From Octopus bimaculoides (taxonomy: Eukaryota), in contig NC_068986.1 in assembly GCF_001194135.2 (NCBI RefSeq), forward strand, positions 33,893,850 to 33,940,076: DNA of 46,227 bases. The letters run 5' to 3'. Shown one piece after another: positions 13,434-25,030 of this stretch (positions within the stretch are counted from its first letter, which is position 1; each line of letters starts with the position of its first letter). The notes beneath the pieces are model-generated. The model ran no database searches, was not told the DNA's origin, and worked only from the letters and a program-made list of their open reading frames with translations. The position numbers and the translations under genes were made by a program.

Positions 13434-14336
13434 TGAGGTGGTATTAAAACGTTCCCAGACTAGTCCTGTAGCATGCTAACAGATGGTAGCAACCGGTTGC
13501 GTGCGTAGTGAGAAATAGCAATGAACTTCATCAGGCAGTGTGCCGAATGACATCGCTGTGTTTATTTCGCAAGTTGTGAAATTTGTGCTTTTGTAATCAC
13601 GTGTATACTGCAGTCTGCGTTTTTGTCGTGGACAGGAACAAAGAGCCAACGTGATATTTTATGTTAACCTTGGGAAGTCAACTACAGAGACATTGAGTAT
13701 GCTTCGGTAAGCTTACAGCGACGAGGCAATGGATCGTATGCAATGTTTCGAGTGGCACGGGCGCTTCAGAAGCGGAAGAACGTCCTTGGAAGACGATGTG
13801 CGATCTGGAAGACCTGCTACGAGCGTCACCCCCAGAAATATGGTATTGTGCATCAAAAATTCGTGCCCCCAGAGACAGACCGTCAATTCGCGAGTTCTAC
13901 TGCAACGTTTTGAAGCATTTTGAGGGAGGACATTCGGTGAAGGCAACCATATCTGTGGAGCGCGAAGAATGGAATTCTTCACGGTGACAATGCACCTGTC
14001 ACTCCCCTCACTCGTGAGTTTCCTGTCTAAAACATATAGTATCGCTTCCGCACCCACCCGATTTCACACATGCAGACTTCCATCTCTTCCGCAAGATGAA
14101 AGTGCAGCTCAAAGATCGCCATTTTAACACTGTTGTCGAGACCCACAGCAAATCGCAGAAGGTACTCGACTCGCTTACGGAAAAGGACCTCCAGGCCGGA
14201 TTCCAAAAGCGTCAGGAATGCTGGGATCGGTGTATTGCTGTACCAGGTGACTATTTGGAAGGAGATGATTTTAAAATTTAGGTAAGTTATTTTTTATTCA
14301 ACATAACTAGTCCGGGAACTTTTCGATACCATCTCA
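13434..14336 (+). mobile_element. mariner (Tc1/mariner) transposon, internally deleted, transposase pseudogene
   Basis: 31-bp TIRs match 26/31 (tgaggtggtattaaaacgttcccagactagt vs the reverse complement of actagtccgggaacttttcgataccatctca), with TA on the left. Peptides: QCFEWHGRFRSGRTSLEDDVRSGRP, GIVHQKFVPQRQTVNSEFY, DNAP, DFHLFRKMK and WDRCIAVPGDYLEGD. Confidence 0.92.
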
Positions 14337-15241
14337 CGCAATTCAATTCTTCATACCTTATAACTAGAACTGATTCGGCATGACACGATAGGCCTACCCA
14401 ATGTCACAGGAGTGTATATGAACATTAGCGAAGGAAAACACAGCATTTATTTTATAGAAGTCAACACGTGCAAAGTGACTGGACAATTTATATCGCTCTT
14501 CTGTTAAGAAGAGGTTAACGAAATATTTAGCTATAAAGCCTAATGAAATAGGGAAAGGCAAACAAAACACTCACCCAAACACACACACACACACACAAAC
14601 ACAGACGCACACACACGCACACACATGCACACACACAGATGCATAATCACATATACTCGTGCACTACCCCTCCCCCACAGATCATTAATTAGAGCTGAGT
14701 GGGAAGCGATGTGGAAAATATTCCCCTTGAATGAGTACTTCAAGCTGAAGACGAAATTTTGAAAAGATATGAGAATTTATGGGAGGTCAAGAGTGAAACT
14801 GTCCTTAAACATTGACAAACAATGAATAAATAGACATTTCCTTCCAAGAACTGACCACTGTCCGAAGCAATAAGAACAATTAAAATCGTACAGCCTCAGT
14901 AACATAATACATATACACGTGTGTGAATTGGGAATTTATTTAATTAGAAGCTCACTGTTTTCTAGAATCACTAAATATAGATTCACATTTAGTGAAAATA
15001 AAAGCAAAAATAATGAAAACATTATTGATTATAAGGAATGTAGTGCGGGGTGAAAAAGAAAGAGACTCGAATGGAAAGTATGGGTGTTCCAGATTTCAAG
15101 TTTTAGGGAAGGCTATAAGACCAATCATATTTTCTTTTTAGTTCATTTAACTGTGAAATGAAATGGTACGAGAAAAACGGGTGATTAAATGTTAACTCTA
15201 GCGAGCAACACGTATGAATTTTATTTTACCCAACACCAAGA

Positions 15242-15250
15242 AGTAGTAGC

Positions 15251-15314
<64 letters not shown>

Positions 15315-15315
15315 A
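15242..15315. repeat. (AGT)n trinucleotide microsatellite
   Basis: Direct. Confidence 0.95.
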
Positions 15316-15600
15316 TTTCTTTATTGGCCACAGGGGGCATCATTTGAGGGAGACATTACAAACACAAGTTACACGTTGTATGGGATGTTTATATAAAATC
15401 GGATGAAGATAAAAAGGAGGGTTGCGGCGGGGGGTGGGGGGTGGAATGAGATGAAAATTATGAATGCTAATGCAAAATAAGTAAATACATAAACGATCCA
15501 GTCTTTTTTGGTACAGGAGAACCTTCAACTAAGGGTTCGGTTAAAGAACCCCCAAAATCTAAGATCGCCCTTTGCTCTGTAAGCACTTGTTATTTTCTGA

Positions 15601-15664
<64 letters not shown>
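15601..15664. repeat. (ACT)n(AAT)n microsatellite, at the tail of the adjacent minus-strand SINE
   Basis: Direct. It abuts the 3' end of the family C copy at 15665. Confidence 0.9.
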
Positions 15665-15665
<1 letters not shown>

Positions 15666-15877
15666 GTTTCAAATGTTGGCACAGGGACAAGTTCAGGAGG
15701 AAAGGGTACATTTATTACATCGACCCAAAAGCTCAGCTGGTATTTTTTTTATCTACCGCGAAAGGATGAAATATAAAGTCAACCTTGACGGAATTTGAAC
15801 ACAGGACAGTAAAGACGGACAAAATGATGCTAAGCATTTGTTCCGACGATCTTATGATTCTGTCAGTTCATCGCTTT
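15665..15877 (-). mobile_element. SINE family C
   Basis: gaaaggatgaaatataaagtcaaccttgacggaatttgaac...ctaagcatt...gattctgtcagttcatcgc. Confidence 0.85.
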
Positions 15878-15902
15878 AATAACAATAATAATCATAAAGA
15901 GC

Positions 15903-16040
15903 GGCTAGATGGCAGAATCGCTNNNNNNNNNNNNNNNNNNNNNNNNNNNNNNNNNNNNNNNNNNNNNNNNNNNNNNNNNNNNNNNNNNNNNNNNNNNNNN
16001 CTGTTACAAAAATTTCAGGCCTTGTGCCTATAGAAGAAAG
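15903..16040 (+). mobile_element. SINE family C, head and tail separated by an N gap
   Basis: Head ggctagatggcagaatcgct lies before the gap. Tail aaatttcaggccttgtgcctatagaagaaag lies after it. Confidence 0.7.
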
Positions 16041-16044
16041 CAAT

Positions 16045-16263
16045 AATAATATTTTCTACTAAACACACAAAGCCTGAAATTTGTGGGGATGGGACCAATC
16101 GCTTACATCAACCCCAGTGTTTCACTGGTACTTACTTTATTGACTCCGAAAGGATGAAAGGCAAAGTCGACCTCGGCGGAATTTGAACTCAGAACGTAGC
16201 GACGGGCGAAATACCGCTAAGCATTTCGTCCAGCGTGTTAATGATTCTGTCAGCTCGCCGCTT
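16045..16263 (-). mobile_element. SINE family C
   Basis: Near-consensus core ccgaaaggatgaaaggcaaagtcgacctcggcggaatttgaactcagaacgtagc. Confidence 0.92.
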
Positions 16264-16280
16264 TTATCATGATAAATAAT

Positions 16281-16492
16281 CTTTTCTGTTATAGGAACAA
16301 AGTCTGGAATTTGGGGGAGGTGATAGTCGATTATATCAACCCCAGTTCTCAACTGGTACTTAATTTATCGATCCCGAAAGGATGAAAGGCAAATTCGACC
16401 TCGGCGAAATTTTGAACTCAGAGCGTAGCGACATATGAAATACTGCTAAGCATTTCGCCTGGCATACTAACGATTCTGCCAGCACGCCGCCT
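16281..16492 (-). mobile_element. SINE family C with 17-bp target-site duplication
   Basis: Flanked by ttatcatgataaataat at 16264-16280 and 16493-16509. Confidence 0.92.
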
Positions 16493-17489
16493 TTATCATG
16501 ATAAATAATAATAATAATGTTTTCTTTCGTTGTCACACAGCAGACGGGTGAAGCGAGGAGCAGACTTTACAAGAAAGTTTTAGGTTGAATATAGAAAACA
16601 TACCTAAAAGAAAAAAACACACACACACACACACACAAATAAACTCATAAACACAATAGGTTCAAATAACGATATGGCCACCTAGGGCCAATCAGGGGAT
16701 ACATCTAAGTGAATTTCGGATTGTTCTGAATATCAAGAGCAAGTACCGTCTTCGAAAAATAAAGAAAAAGCTTGCTCCTTACCAACAGGCACATATTCAG
16801 AGCAGAGACCCTCAATTAGGCTATGGCCAGCAGCTCTAGCTAATTTAACCTCTTAAAAGTGAATTGCGAAAGAATTCAGTCTAAACAAGACTTTGGTTAA
16901 AACGAAAGTTTCTAAAACTTTCTTTAAGTCATCTGATGGCTGCCAAATCTTTCAAAGACAGTTTTATGATTTGCTTAATCGCTTTGTGACATTTAAATTT
17001 ATGAAAGACAAAGATTAAGATCGAGTTTACCACACGATTTCTCTTCACGTCGGTATTTTGAAGGATGTCATTGGGCACTATGAATTTCAGTTTTGCTTCC
17101 CTTAAAACTATAATACTTAAAGTGCTCATATTCAGAGCAACCACTTTCAGTCACCTACCTTATGTAGTTCTTCTCTGCTCATTTTCTTTGCTTCATTTTT
17201 GTCTTTTGGGGTTGAAAGATTTAATGAAAGTTTAGAGAAAAAAAAAATCCCTTTCTCCGGTCCTTCTGATCTTGTTTCCCTCCACTGTCTTTATCGCCAG
17301 TTACTACATAAGACAGTGATATATTATACCTGGAGATAACGACTACGACAAAGAGTAACTACATCCCTTTCTCTACAAGAGGAAAACGGCGGAGCTATTT
17401 TCGTAACATAGAACTAAACAATAATAAAAGCAACAACAATATTATTTTCGTTTGATAATTCTTTGAAAAAGAAAAAGAAAACAGACAAA

Positions 17490-17620
17490 CAGGAGTGGTT
17501 GTGCGATAAGTATCTTGCTTACCAACCACATGGTTCCAGGTTCAGTCCCACTGCGTGGCACCTTGGGCAAGTGTCTTCTACTATAGCCTCGGGCCGACCA
17601 AAGCCTTGTGAGTGGATTTG
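17490..17620 (+). mobile_element. SINE family D 5' part (tRNA head plus CORE-like motif)
   Basis: caggagtggttgtgcgataag...ggttcagtccc...caccttgggcaagtgt; homologous to 32151-32023 on the minus strand. Confidence 0.85.
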
Positions 17621-17646
17621 ATAATAATAATAATAATAATAATAAT

Positions 17647-17927
17647 GGTTTCAAATTTTGGCACAAGGCCAGCAAGTTTGGGGGAGGGGGCTAGCCGATT
17701 ACATCGACTCCAGTGCTTAACTGATATTTACTTTATCGGTCCCGAAAGGATCAAAGGCAAATAATTCTCTCGAATTTTTCGGCACAACGTCAGCAACTTC
17801 GACCCCAAAGGATGAAAGGCGAAGTTGACTTTGGCGGTATTTAAACTCAAGATGTAATGAGTCGAAACAATTACCACAAAGCAATTGTTCCAACGTTCTT
17901 AACGATTCTGTCAGTTCAACGCTTTAA
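17647..17927 (-). mobile_element. SINE family C with duplicated or interrupted core
   Basis: The core motif gaaaggat(c/g)aaaggc appears twice, about 65 bp apart. Confidence 0.8.
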
Positions 17928-18069
17928 GTTAATGACTCCTGGTGCTCATACTACTAATAATTATTTCTAAAAGAGACACACACAAAATCGTAAATTTTAA
18001 GTAGATGGTATTAGTCAATTACATCGACCCCTGTACTTGATTAATATTTGATATTATTGTAATGTCAGC

Positions 18070-18850
18070 TTGTGAACTACACTCCGCTAGCTGGAGCATA
18101 TGCTCGGCAGAACGTCGATCATTATATTCTATAGAAAATATGAGCGACAAAATCCTGGCAGTGATTCTGACCTTCGGCGAACCGAGCGCACTCTGAGTAA
18201 CATCTTTTAGTGTACTTTCAATTCAGAGATTGCTGGCAATTTCCAAAAAACCTATTGGTCTGACAGTGCTTCAGCGGACATTGTTTGTCGGGAATAAGCT
18301 GTGCAGTTATGGTAGTGTTGAAACCACCGGCAAGCGAACCTCTCCAAGATACGCACCGAGTGTCGAAAAGACCGTTCAGTTTAATTGCATAGCAGCTGTG
18401 ATCACGAGATGGGCAAATACAACTATTAGTCAAGTCTGTCTCGAATATCGTCTTTCTTCTGGCAAAAAAGAACGGGTGATAGTCCATTGGTGAATGCATT
18501 TGTGAAGCAGCGTGGTTACCATATTTAAAAAAAAACGTACGTTTCTTCACAAGCCAGGTCCTCATTAACCTCTTCGAATAGCATTTAAGGAGGATGGTGC
18601 GGATCGATAGGGAGATACTCTCCTCTAGTAATTTTTATGACAAGTGGGTGAGTGTTGCATGATTGACGTGGCTTAATGAGATAACCCGAATGGTGTAGCA
18701 TTAAGGTTGGTGGTAAAAACTGGAAAAACGTCCTTGCCTATGAATTCTAAAGATAATTCAGTATTGTCTGGTGAATGTCTCGAATCAGTCTATGGGATTT
18801 CTCCCACGCTATTTTGAGGAGATTTCCTTGCTCTTATTCCTTAGTTTTTT
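18070..18850 (-). pseudogene. possible heavily decayed Penelope-like retroelement fragment
   Basis: Broken minus-strand frames include KITRGEYLPIDPHHP (compare the PLE RT thumb KPTxTGQYLHFxSHHP) and weak GIY-YIG-region echoes. Motif resemblance only. Confidence 0.25.
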
Positions 18851-18923
18851 CCTGTTACTGCTGCCAAGTCCATCGTCATGATTAATCCAAACGCCTTCCT
18901 TTAAGCGAGCAGAGACGGTAGCA

Positions 18924-19162
18924 CAGTAATCCCTTGAATATCGCGGGTGTTACTTTCTAACCGCGTTAGGTGAAATTCCACAAAGTAGAAACAGTACTGT
19001 ACTGTACTGTATTTTTGTTTTTTTTTGTTTTTATAATCTATATATATTAATTTTATTATAAATCCAACACAACGCCATAGAGGAATCGACTTAAACTTAA
19101 ACAATAAACCGCAATAAGTGAACCCTGATAGGTGAACCGCGATATGGGGCGCGGGATCATTG
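18924..19162. mobile_element. pogo/Tigger-like MITE (family G)
   Basis: Ends are cagtaatcccttgaatatcgcg and cgcgatatggggcgcgggatcattg followed by TA. Internal sequence is shared with 43183-43781. Confidence 0.75.
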
Positions 19163-19704
19163 TATATTTTTTTCGGTTGCTGTAGTTAAAGGGGGATATG
19201 AAGTGAACGAAGCAGAAAGTATCTGAGAACAGAGATTCTCTTTCTCTCTCCTTCTCTTTCTCTCTCCTTCTCTTTCTCTCTCCTTCTCTTTCTCTCTCCT
19301 TCTCTTTCTCTCTCTCTCACTCACTCGCGCGCGCGTGTTCATTTGTGCGTGCTTGTGTGTATGTTTGTGTGTGCGTGCGTCCGTCTGTGTGTATGTGTGT
19401 ATGTGTTTGTGTGCGTGCATGCGTATTATGCGCGTGGAGCCTTCGTCGACTCATTCATGTTTTACTTCAAAAGAAATGCGAGCGTTGAAAGGGACTTGCT
19501 GTTCTCGAGTGAATTTATGACGGGTGAAAGTGGCAAGAATTGCTTTATATATATAAACTTGTAAATCGGTAAAAGACATTTGGAAAGGGCACTTGCTCTT
19601 GGTGTTCAGAATGATTTTGAATTTATGGAGACGATCAGCTGGCCCTAGATGGAGATCTCCTTGAATCAATTGAACTGAAAAATGTCAGGTATATTCCTAT
19701 TCTT

Positions 19705-19737
<33 letters not shown>

Positions 19738-19825
19738 TCACATTTGTGTTTGACTTTATGATTGTGTGCCTCATCCGTTGCCCTGGTGGAAAATAAAACG
19801 CATCATCATCATCATCACCATCATT

Positions 19826-20020
19826 CCAGCTGGCTGAATGGTTAGCGCGCCGTGCAAATGCTTAGCGGCATTTCGTTATGAGTTCAAATGCTGCCGATCT
19901 CGATTTTGCCTGGCATCCTTTCGTACTCGATAAAGCACAAACCATTCAAGTACAGGGGTCGACGTTATCGACTAACCCTCTCTCCCCAAATTTCATGGAT
20001 TGTGCCTACAGCAGAAAAGA
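19826..20020 (+). mobile_element. SINE family C, first of a head-to-tail triplet
   Basis: gttagcgcgccg...tgagttcaaat...catcctttcg...aaatttcatggattgtgcctacagcagaaaaga, then (ATT/ATC)n. Confidence 0.85.
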
Positions 20021-20044
20021 TTATTATTATAATCATCATCATCA

Positions 20045-20126
<82 letters not shown>

Positions 20127-20163
20127 TATTATTATTATTATCATCATCATCATCATCATTATT
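20021..20163. repeat. (ATT)n/(ATC)n microsatellite
   Basis: Direct. Confidence 0.95.
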
Positions 20164-20362
20164 AAGGTGGCATGCTAGTAGAATCGTTAGCACGCCGGGC
20201 GAAATACTTAGCGGCATTTCTGAGTTCAAATTCCGCCGAGGTCGACTTTGCCTTTCATCCTTTCGAGGTCGATTAAATAAGTACCAGTTATGCACTGGGG
20301 TCGATGTAATCAACTCAATCCCTTAACCTAAATTTGAGGCATTGTGCTTCCAGTAGAAAGGA
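20164..20362 (+). mobile_element. SINE family C, second of the triplet
   Basis: gttagcacgccgggcgaaat...gagttcaaattccgccgaggtcgactttgcctttcatcctttcgaggtcgattaaataagtaccag. Confidence 0.92.
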
Positions 20363-20421
20363 TCATTATTATTATCGTCATCATCATTATCATCATCTTC
20401 ATCATCATCATCATCATTATT

Positions 20422-20623
20422 AAGGCGGCAAGCTAGCAGAATCCTTTGCACGCCGAGCGAAATTGGCTAGCTGTATTTCGTCCGTCTTTACGTTCTGGGT
20501 TCAAATTCCGCCGTCTTCCTTTCAGGGTCGCTGAAATAAGTACCTGTTAAGTACTGGGGTTGATTTAACAGACTAGCACCCCTCTCCCAAATATTTCAGG
20601 CCTTGTGCCTATAATCAAAAGGA
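20422..20623 (+). mobile_element. SINE family C, third of the triplet
   Basis: aaggcggcaagctagcagaatc...ggttcaaattccgcc...aatatttcaggccttgtgcctataatcaaaagga. Confidence 0.88.
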
Positions 20624-20787
20624 CTTCTTTTTATTATTACAATGTTGTTACTCTTGTTTACACGCAAAACCCTCACAACACACACTCACACACAGGCACA
20701 CACGCATATTCTTTGTTTTGTCCATTGCTGTCAATAATGTTTTTCTTAATATAAACCCTTGTGGTTAATAAAGAAATCATCGTCATT

Positions 20788-20795
20788 ATTTTTTT

Positions 20796-20843
<48 letters not shown>

Positions 20844-20875
20844 TATTATTATCATTATTATTATTATTATTACAG
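20788..20875. repeat. poly-T plus (ATT)n tract
   Basis: Direct. Confidence 0.9.
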
Positions 20876-21049
20876 CAAACAAATAAGCAAATATGTCGGC
20901 TGGAAAGATTGGTTGTTATTTCATTTTGAAAATGTATTGGGAAGCACTTAAAAACCCCGACCGTAATCTAATACTTCCGGTTACCATGAAGTGGGAAGGA
21001 AACATGTATCTGTCTTCAGGTACGTATGCAATATCAACGTATTTACAAG

Positions 21050-21282
21050 ATATATGTATGTCTGTATGCATGTATGTATGTATGTATGTATATGTGTGTG
21101 TATGTATGCATGTATGTATGTACGTATATATGTATGTATATGCACGGATATATATATATATACATATGCACACACGTGTATTTATGCGTGTATATATATT
21201 CGTGTGTGTGTGTATATATACATATACGTATATATATAAAAATATATATATATTTTTATATATACATATACATATTTGTATG

Positions 21283-21345
<63 letters not shown>

Positions 21346-21488
21346 AGATATGTGTACTTACGTGTGTGACTGTGTATGTGTCCATCTTTATATCCTAATT
21401 AGTATGTGTGTTTATGTTTGTGCGGATGTGTATGCGCGGATGTGTATGCGCGTATGTATATCCGTAATGCAAACACAAACTGGTGCAT

Positions 21489-21523
<35 letters not shown>

Positions 21524-21760
21524 TAAAGCTTCTAAGAACCAAACAAAGTGATTAGTTTAACCATAGAAACCGGTTTTCAAGTTAAAATACAAGACTTAGT
21601 GTGTTTGTGTATGCCTGCGTGTGTGTGCGCGTGTATGCATGCATGCGTGTGTATGCGTGCGTGTGATTGCCTGCGTGCCTACGTCTGCGCTTGTACGTCT
21701 ATATACGGATGTGTGTAACTGCGTCATGGAGTATAAAGGTTGTCGTTTCTTCAGTTTGTA
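21050..21760. repeat. TG/TA/TATG microsatellite field with poly-T
   Basis: Direct. Confidence 0.85.
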
Positions 21761-22193
21761 AATGTTATATATGCTTACTTTTAATGTGTCATATATATAT
21801 ATATATATATATANNNNNNNNNNNNNNNNNNNNNNNNNNNNNNNNNNNNNNNNNNNNNNNNNNNNNNNNNNNNNNNNNNNNNNNNNNNNNNNNNNNNNNN
21901 NNNNNNNNNNNNNNNNNNNNNNNNNNNNNNNNNNNNNNNNNNNNNNNNNNNNNNNNNNNNNNNNNNNNNNNNNNNNNNNNNNNNNNNNNNNNNNNNNNNN
22001 NNNNNNNNNNNNNNNNNNNNNNNNNNNNNNNNNNNNNNNNNNNNNNNNNNNNNNNNNNNNNNNNNNNNNNNNNNNNNNNNNNNNNNNNNNNNNNNNNNNN
22101 NNNNNNNNNNNNNNNNNNNNNNNNNNNNNNNNNNNNNNNNNNNNNNNNNNNNNNNNNNNNNNNNNNNNNNNNNNNNNNNNNNNNNNNNNNNNN

Positions 22194-22709
22194 ATACAGG
22201 AGGATCAGTTAATTATGATTTTATTCAACATATCAGTGTCTCAGTTGCAAACACTTGTTGCAGCGGTCCTTCAGCTCTGAAAAAGCACTCGTGCGTTTAA
22301 GCCTCGAACCCGACCTCCTTGTTGAGCTCTACAGTTCTTCCAGGACGAGGCTCGTCATCTAGGCTGCATTTTTAGGCTAGGAATTTCTGGAACCACTGTT
22401 GGCACTGGCTTACGCTTATTGTCCGATCCCCATATGCTGCATTAATATTCCTCGCACTTTCCATTGCGCTGTTGCCTTTATTGAATTCATAAAGCAAAAT
22501 ATGCCGAATATTCTCCTTTGTCACTTCCATTATAGCTTAGAAAAAAAGTAACTGTTAAAATCGAACTGCACTCCTCAAAACTTGCACTAAGAATAAGTTC
22601 AAGGTAAAATTACTACCTACTTTTATAGCAAATTGATGCAGGTGGTTTATCCCATCCCCCTGCGACTTTTAGCTCATGCAATTGAAAAAACTGCATTATT
22701 TATGGCATG

Positions 22710-22716
<7 letters not shown>
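22194..22716 (-). mobile_element. second mariner family (Hsmar1/cecropia-like N-terminus), internally deleted
   Basis: ATG at 22530 gives MEVTKENIRHILLYEFNKGNSAMESARNINAAYGDRTISVSQCQQWFQKFLA*KCSLDDEPRPGRTVELNKE, which then jumps to a C-terminal-like LKDRCNKCLQL..YVE*. A TIR-like end tattggatcatgccataaataatgcagtttttt abuts (TA)n. The other TIR is not seen (gap). Confidence 0.85.
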
Positions 22717-22749
<33 letters not shown>

Positions 22750-23321
22750 CACATGTAATACATACTCACAAATATACGACCATGATCGCACGTACCATAA
22801 TTTATAATACTTAGAGCATAATCATATATGTTTGGAGTGCAACACCACAACAAAGTATATGATACTCAGATATTTCAAATATTTCATTTCGTGTAGAATA
22901 AATCAATTCTAAATGATGTGTTTTGCAATACCAGTACGGATATCAATATCTCAAAAGATAGATGTTGATTATTATACACTTGAAAAGGTCAGAGTCAACA
23001 GTAAGTATCATATCAACAGTTAGTATCATATCAACAGTTATATTGACTGTGTCAAAAGTATAACGAGACGAAATGGAATAAAGTTGGTGTCAGACAGTGA
23101 AAGCTTTATTGTCGTTGCCAAATATCCGCAGGAAAGCATTGACAAATACCTGGCCTTATATTTTGTATCACGCTTTCACTAATTGATTCGATTGCATATG
23201 TAGTCGCGAGTAGTATAGACACCTGCTCAGTTATCCCGCCCTTCAGTCACAGGAACATCGAGTGGAAAGAGACGCCTCCTCTCAGTGCTTGGCTGGTCTT
23301 CGGGATATGATGTACGTAGGG

Positions 23322-23392
23322 TGCTTCAGGAATCGAACACACGATCTTGTGTTCTTTAGCCAAACTGCGCTAAACATTAGGCCACTCACCGT
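23322..23392 (-). mobile_element. old tRNA-derived SINE head
   Basis: Minus strand reads ggtgagtggcctaatgtttagcgc...gtgtgttcgattcctg with A/B boxes. Confidence 0.5.
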
Positions 23393-23934
23393 CTCTGTTA
23401 ACAAAAAATATCATTGGTTGAAGGATATAAAACTTCCTTTAATTTTGGGCGAGGAGGAAAAGCAGGGCCCCCGAGACGGTTAGAACGAATTGGGGGAAGG
23501 AGCAAGTTATCCACAAACCGGAAACATGGCCCGAATGCCTGAAACAAAGTGGATTCCGCTTAAAATATACAGGATGCCTAACTGTATATCTTAGACTCAA
23601 TAGAAGGTATCCAGTACCGGTACTGAAATCTTGGCCAAGAATCACAGCCAATTTCAGTTCTCAGAAAGAAAAAAAATTAACTTATCTGAATAACAACAAA
23701 GGACTTACAAAATTAATTATCCAATATACTGATTATTAGTTTCGTCCATGGCTATGATAGGTTAACAAATCCCTGTCCATTAATGAGACGGATGGAAAAA
23801 AAGGCAGTAGTTTAGTTTATAAGCAATAGTAATGGATTCAGCTTAGAATAACGATTTACAACAAAACGAAGTGTTTTCCTGTGTCCTGAAACAAAGAAGC
23901 GAACCCTATAAAGCGCTGAGCTTATTTTTCTTGT

Positions 23935-24075
23935 CATTTATCGTTTACTTGCTTCAGTTACTGAACTACAGCCATACTGGAGCACCGCTTTGAAGGGTTT
24001 TAGTCGAATAAAGTGACCCAAGTAGTTACTTTTTTTAAAGTCTTGTTCTTAAAAGATCGGTCCTTATCAATGTAG
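23935..24075 (-). mobile_element. SINE D/E 3' part (segment E)
   Basis: tttatcgtttacttgcttcagtt...gcagccatactggagcaccgc..tgaagggttttagtcgaa; homologous to 31508-31710. Confidence 0.75.
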
Positions 24076-24096
24076 AGCAGCCGAACCGAGCAGGCG

Positions 24097-24133
<37 letters not shown>

Positions 24134-24624
24134 ACTTCACCTCATTATGGCTTAACAGCCCTCACCGTTTGTTTTTACTGTTTTGTCCTCACTGTCCTGT
24201 TTTTGTTACCACTTTAACCCTCCGCAAAATATCCAAAATTTTATTTAATTTGCTTTGCGGAAAGTATTGTTTTAACGAAGTCGCGTCTTGTCCCTACCTT
24301 CGAAACGCAGAGTAGATAAAACAGAGGACAACTGATGAAGGGAATGTTCTTTATGTTGCATATCACGTATGTCTGTTTGTTTCTTTCGTTGTTCGAAAAA
24401 AAGGTCTTTTTCTATGGGGTTTTTTTATGTTCTCGTTTGTCATTTTGTTGAAGTTTTTTTTTTGATGTCCTATACCAATATATGCATGTAGATATACATA
24501 TATATGCAAGTATGTATATACATGTATGTATATACGCATATATTTATATATTATCTATATTACTATATGATCGAACGCCATGCATCCATTTTCAAGTCAG
24601 TTTTATGTATATTTACACACACAC

Positions 24625-24673
<49 letters not shown>

Positions 24674-24996
24674 CCTCATGTCGAGCCAAGTACATATATA
24701 TACACACACACACATATATATATATACACGCACATACACANNNNNNNNNNATATATATATATATATATATATATACGTTCCAGTGTTAATTCGTTTGCCA
24801 ATCTGATACAGTGAGTTGGCTAGACTCATGTAGAGCCTTGGCCTTCAGCAGTGAGATACTGAAAATTGAAATACAAACATTTTGCTCTTAAGCTGATATA
24901 TATCAACATCCTATTGACTTCATGTGCTATGATCGAAAACAAAAGAACAAAAAAGAAAGCTAAAATAACACCGTTGTCCATACATGTGTTTATCTA

Positions 24997-25030
<34 letters not shown>

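Noticed and set aside
19570-19688. Protein-like reading LERALALGVQNDFEF / GDDQLALDGDLLESIELKNV with a CAG|GT donor
   Set aside because: It needs a frameshift and has no recognisable homology.
19801-20640. Repeat-spacer-like array suggesting CRISPR
   Set aside because: The units are about 200-bp SINEs separated by microsatellites. There are no 25-45 bp identical repeats and no cas genes, and the context is eukaryotic.
20876-21019. Possible exon between a poly-T/ATT acceptor and CAG|GTACGT, containing a CTTCCGG ETS-like site
   Set aside because: Stops occur in the frames reading from the acceptor, and single short motifs are expected by chance.
23016-23042. Short tandem repeats (18-bp unit near 23000, 14-bp unit near 32470, 16-bp unit near 19245)
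   Set aside because: Ordinary slippage duplications.
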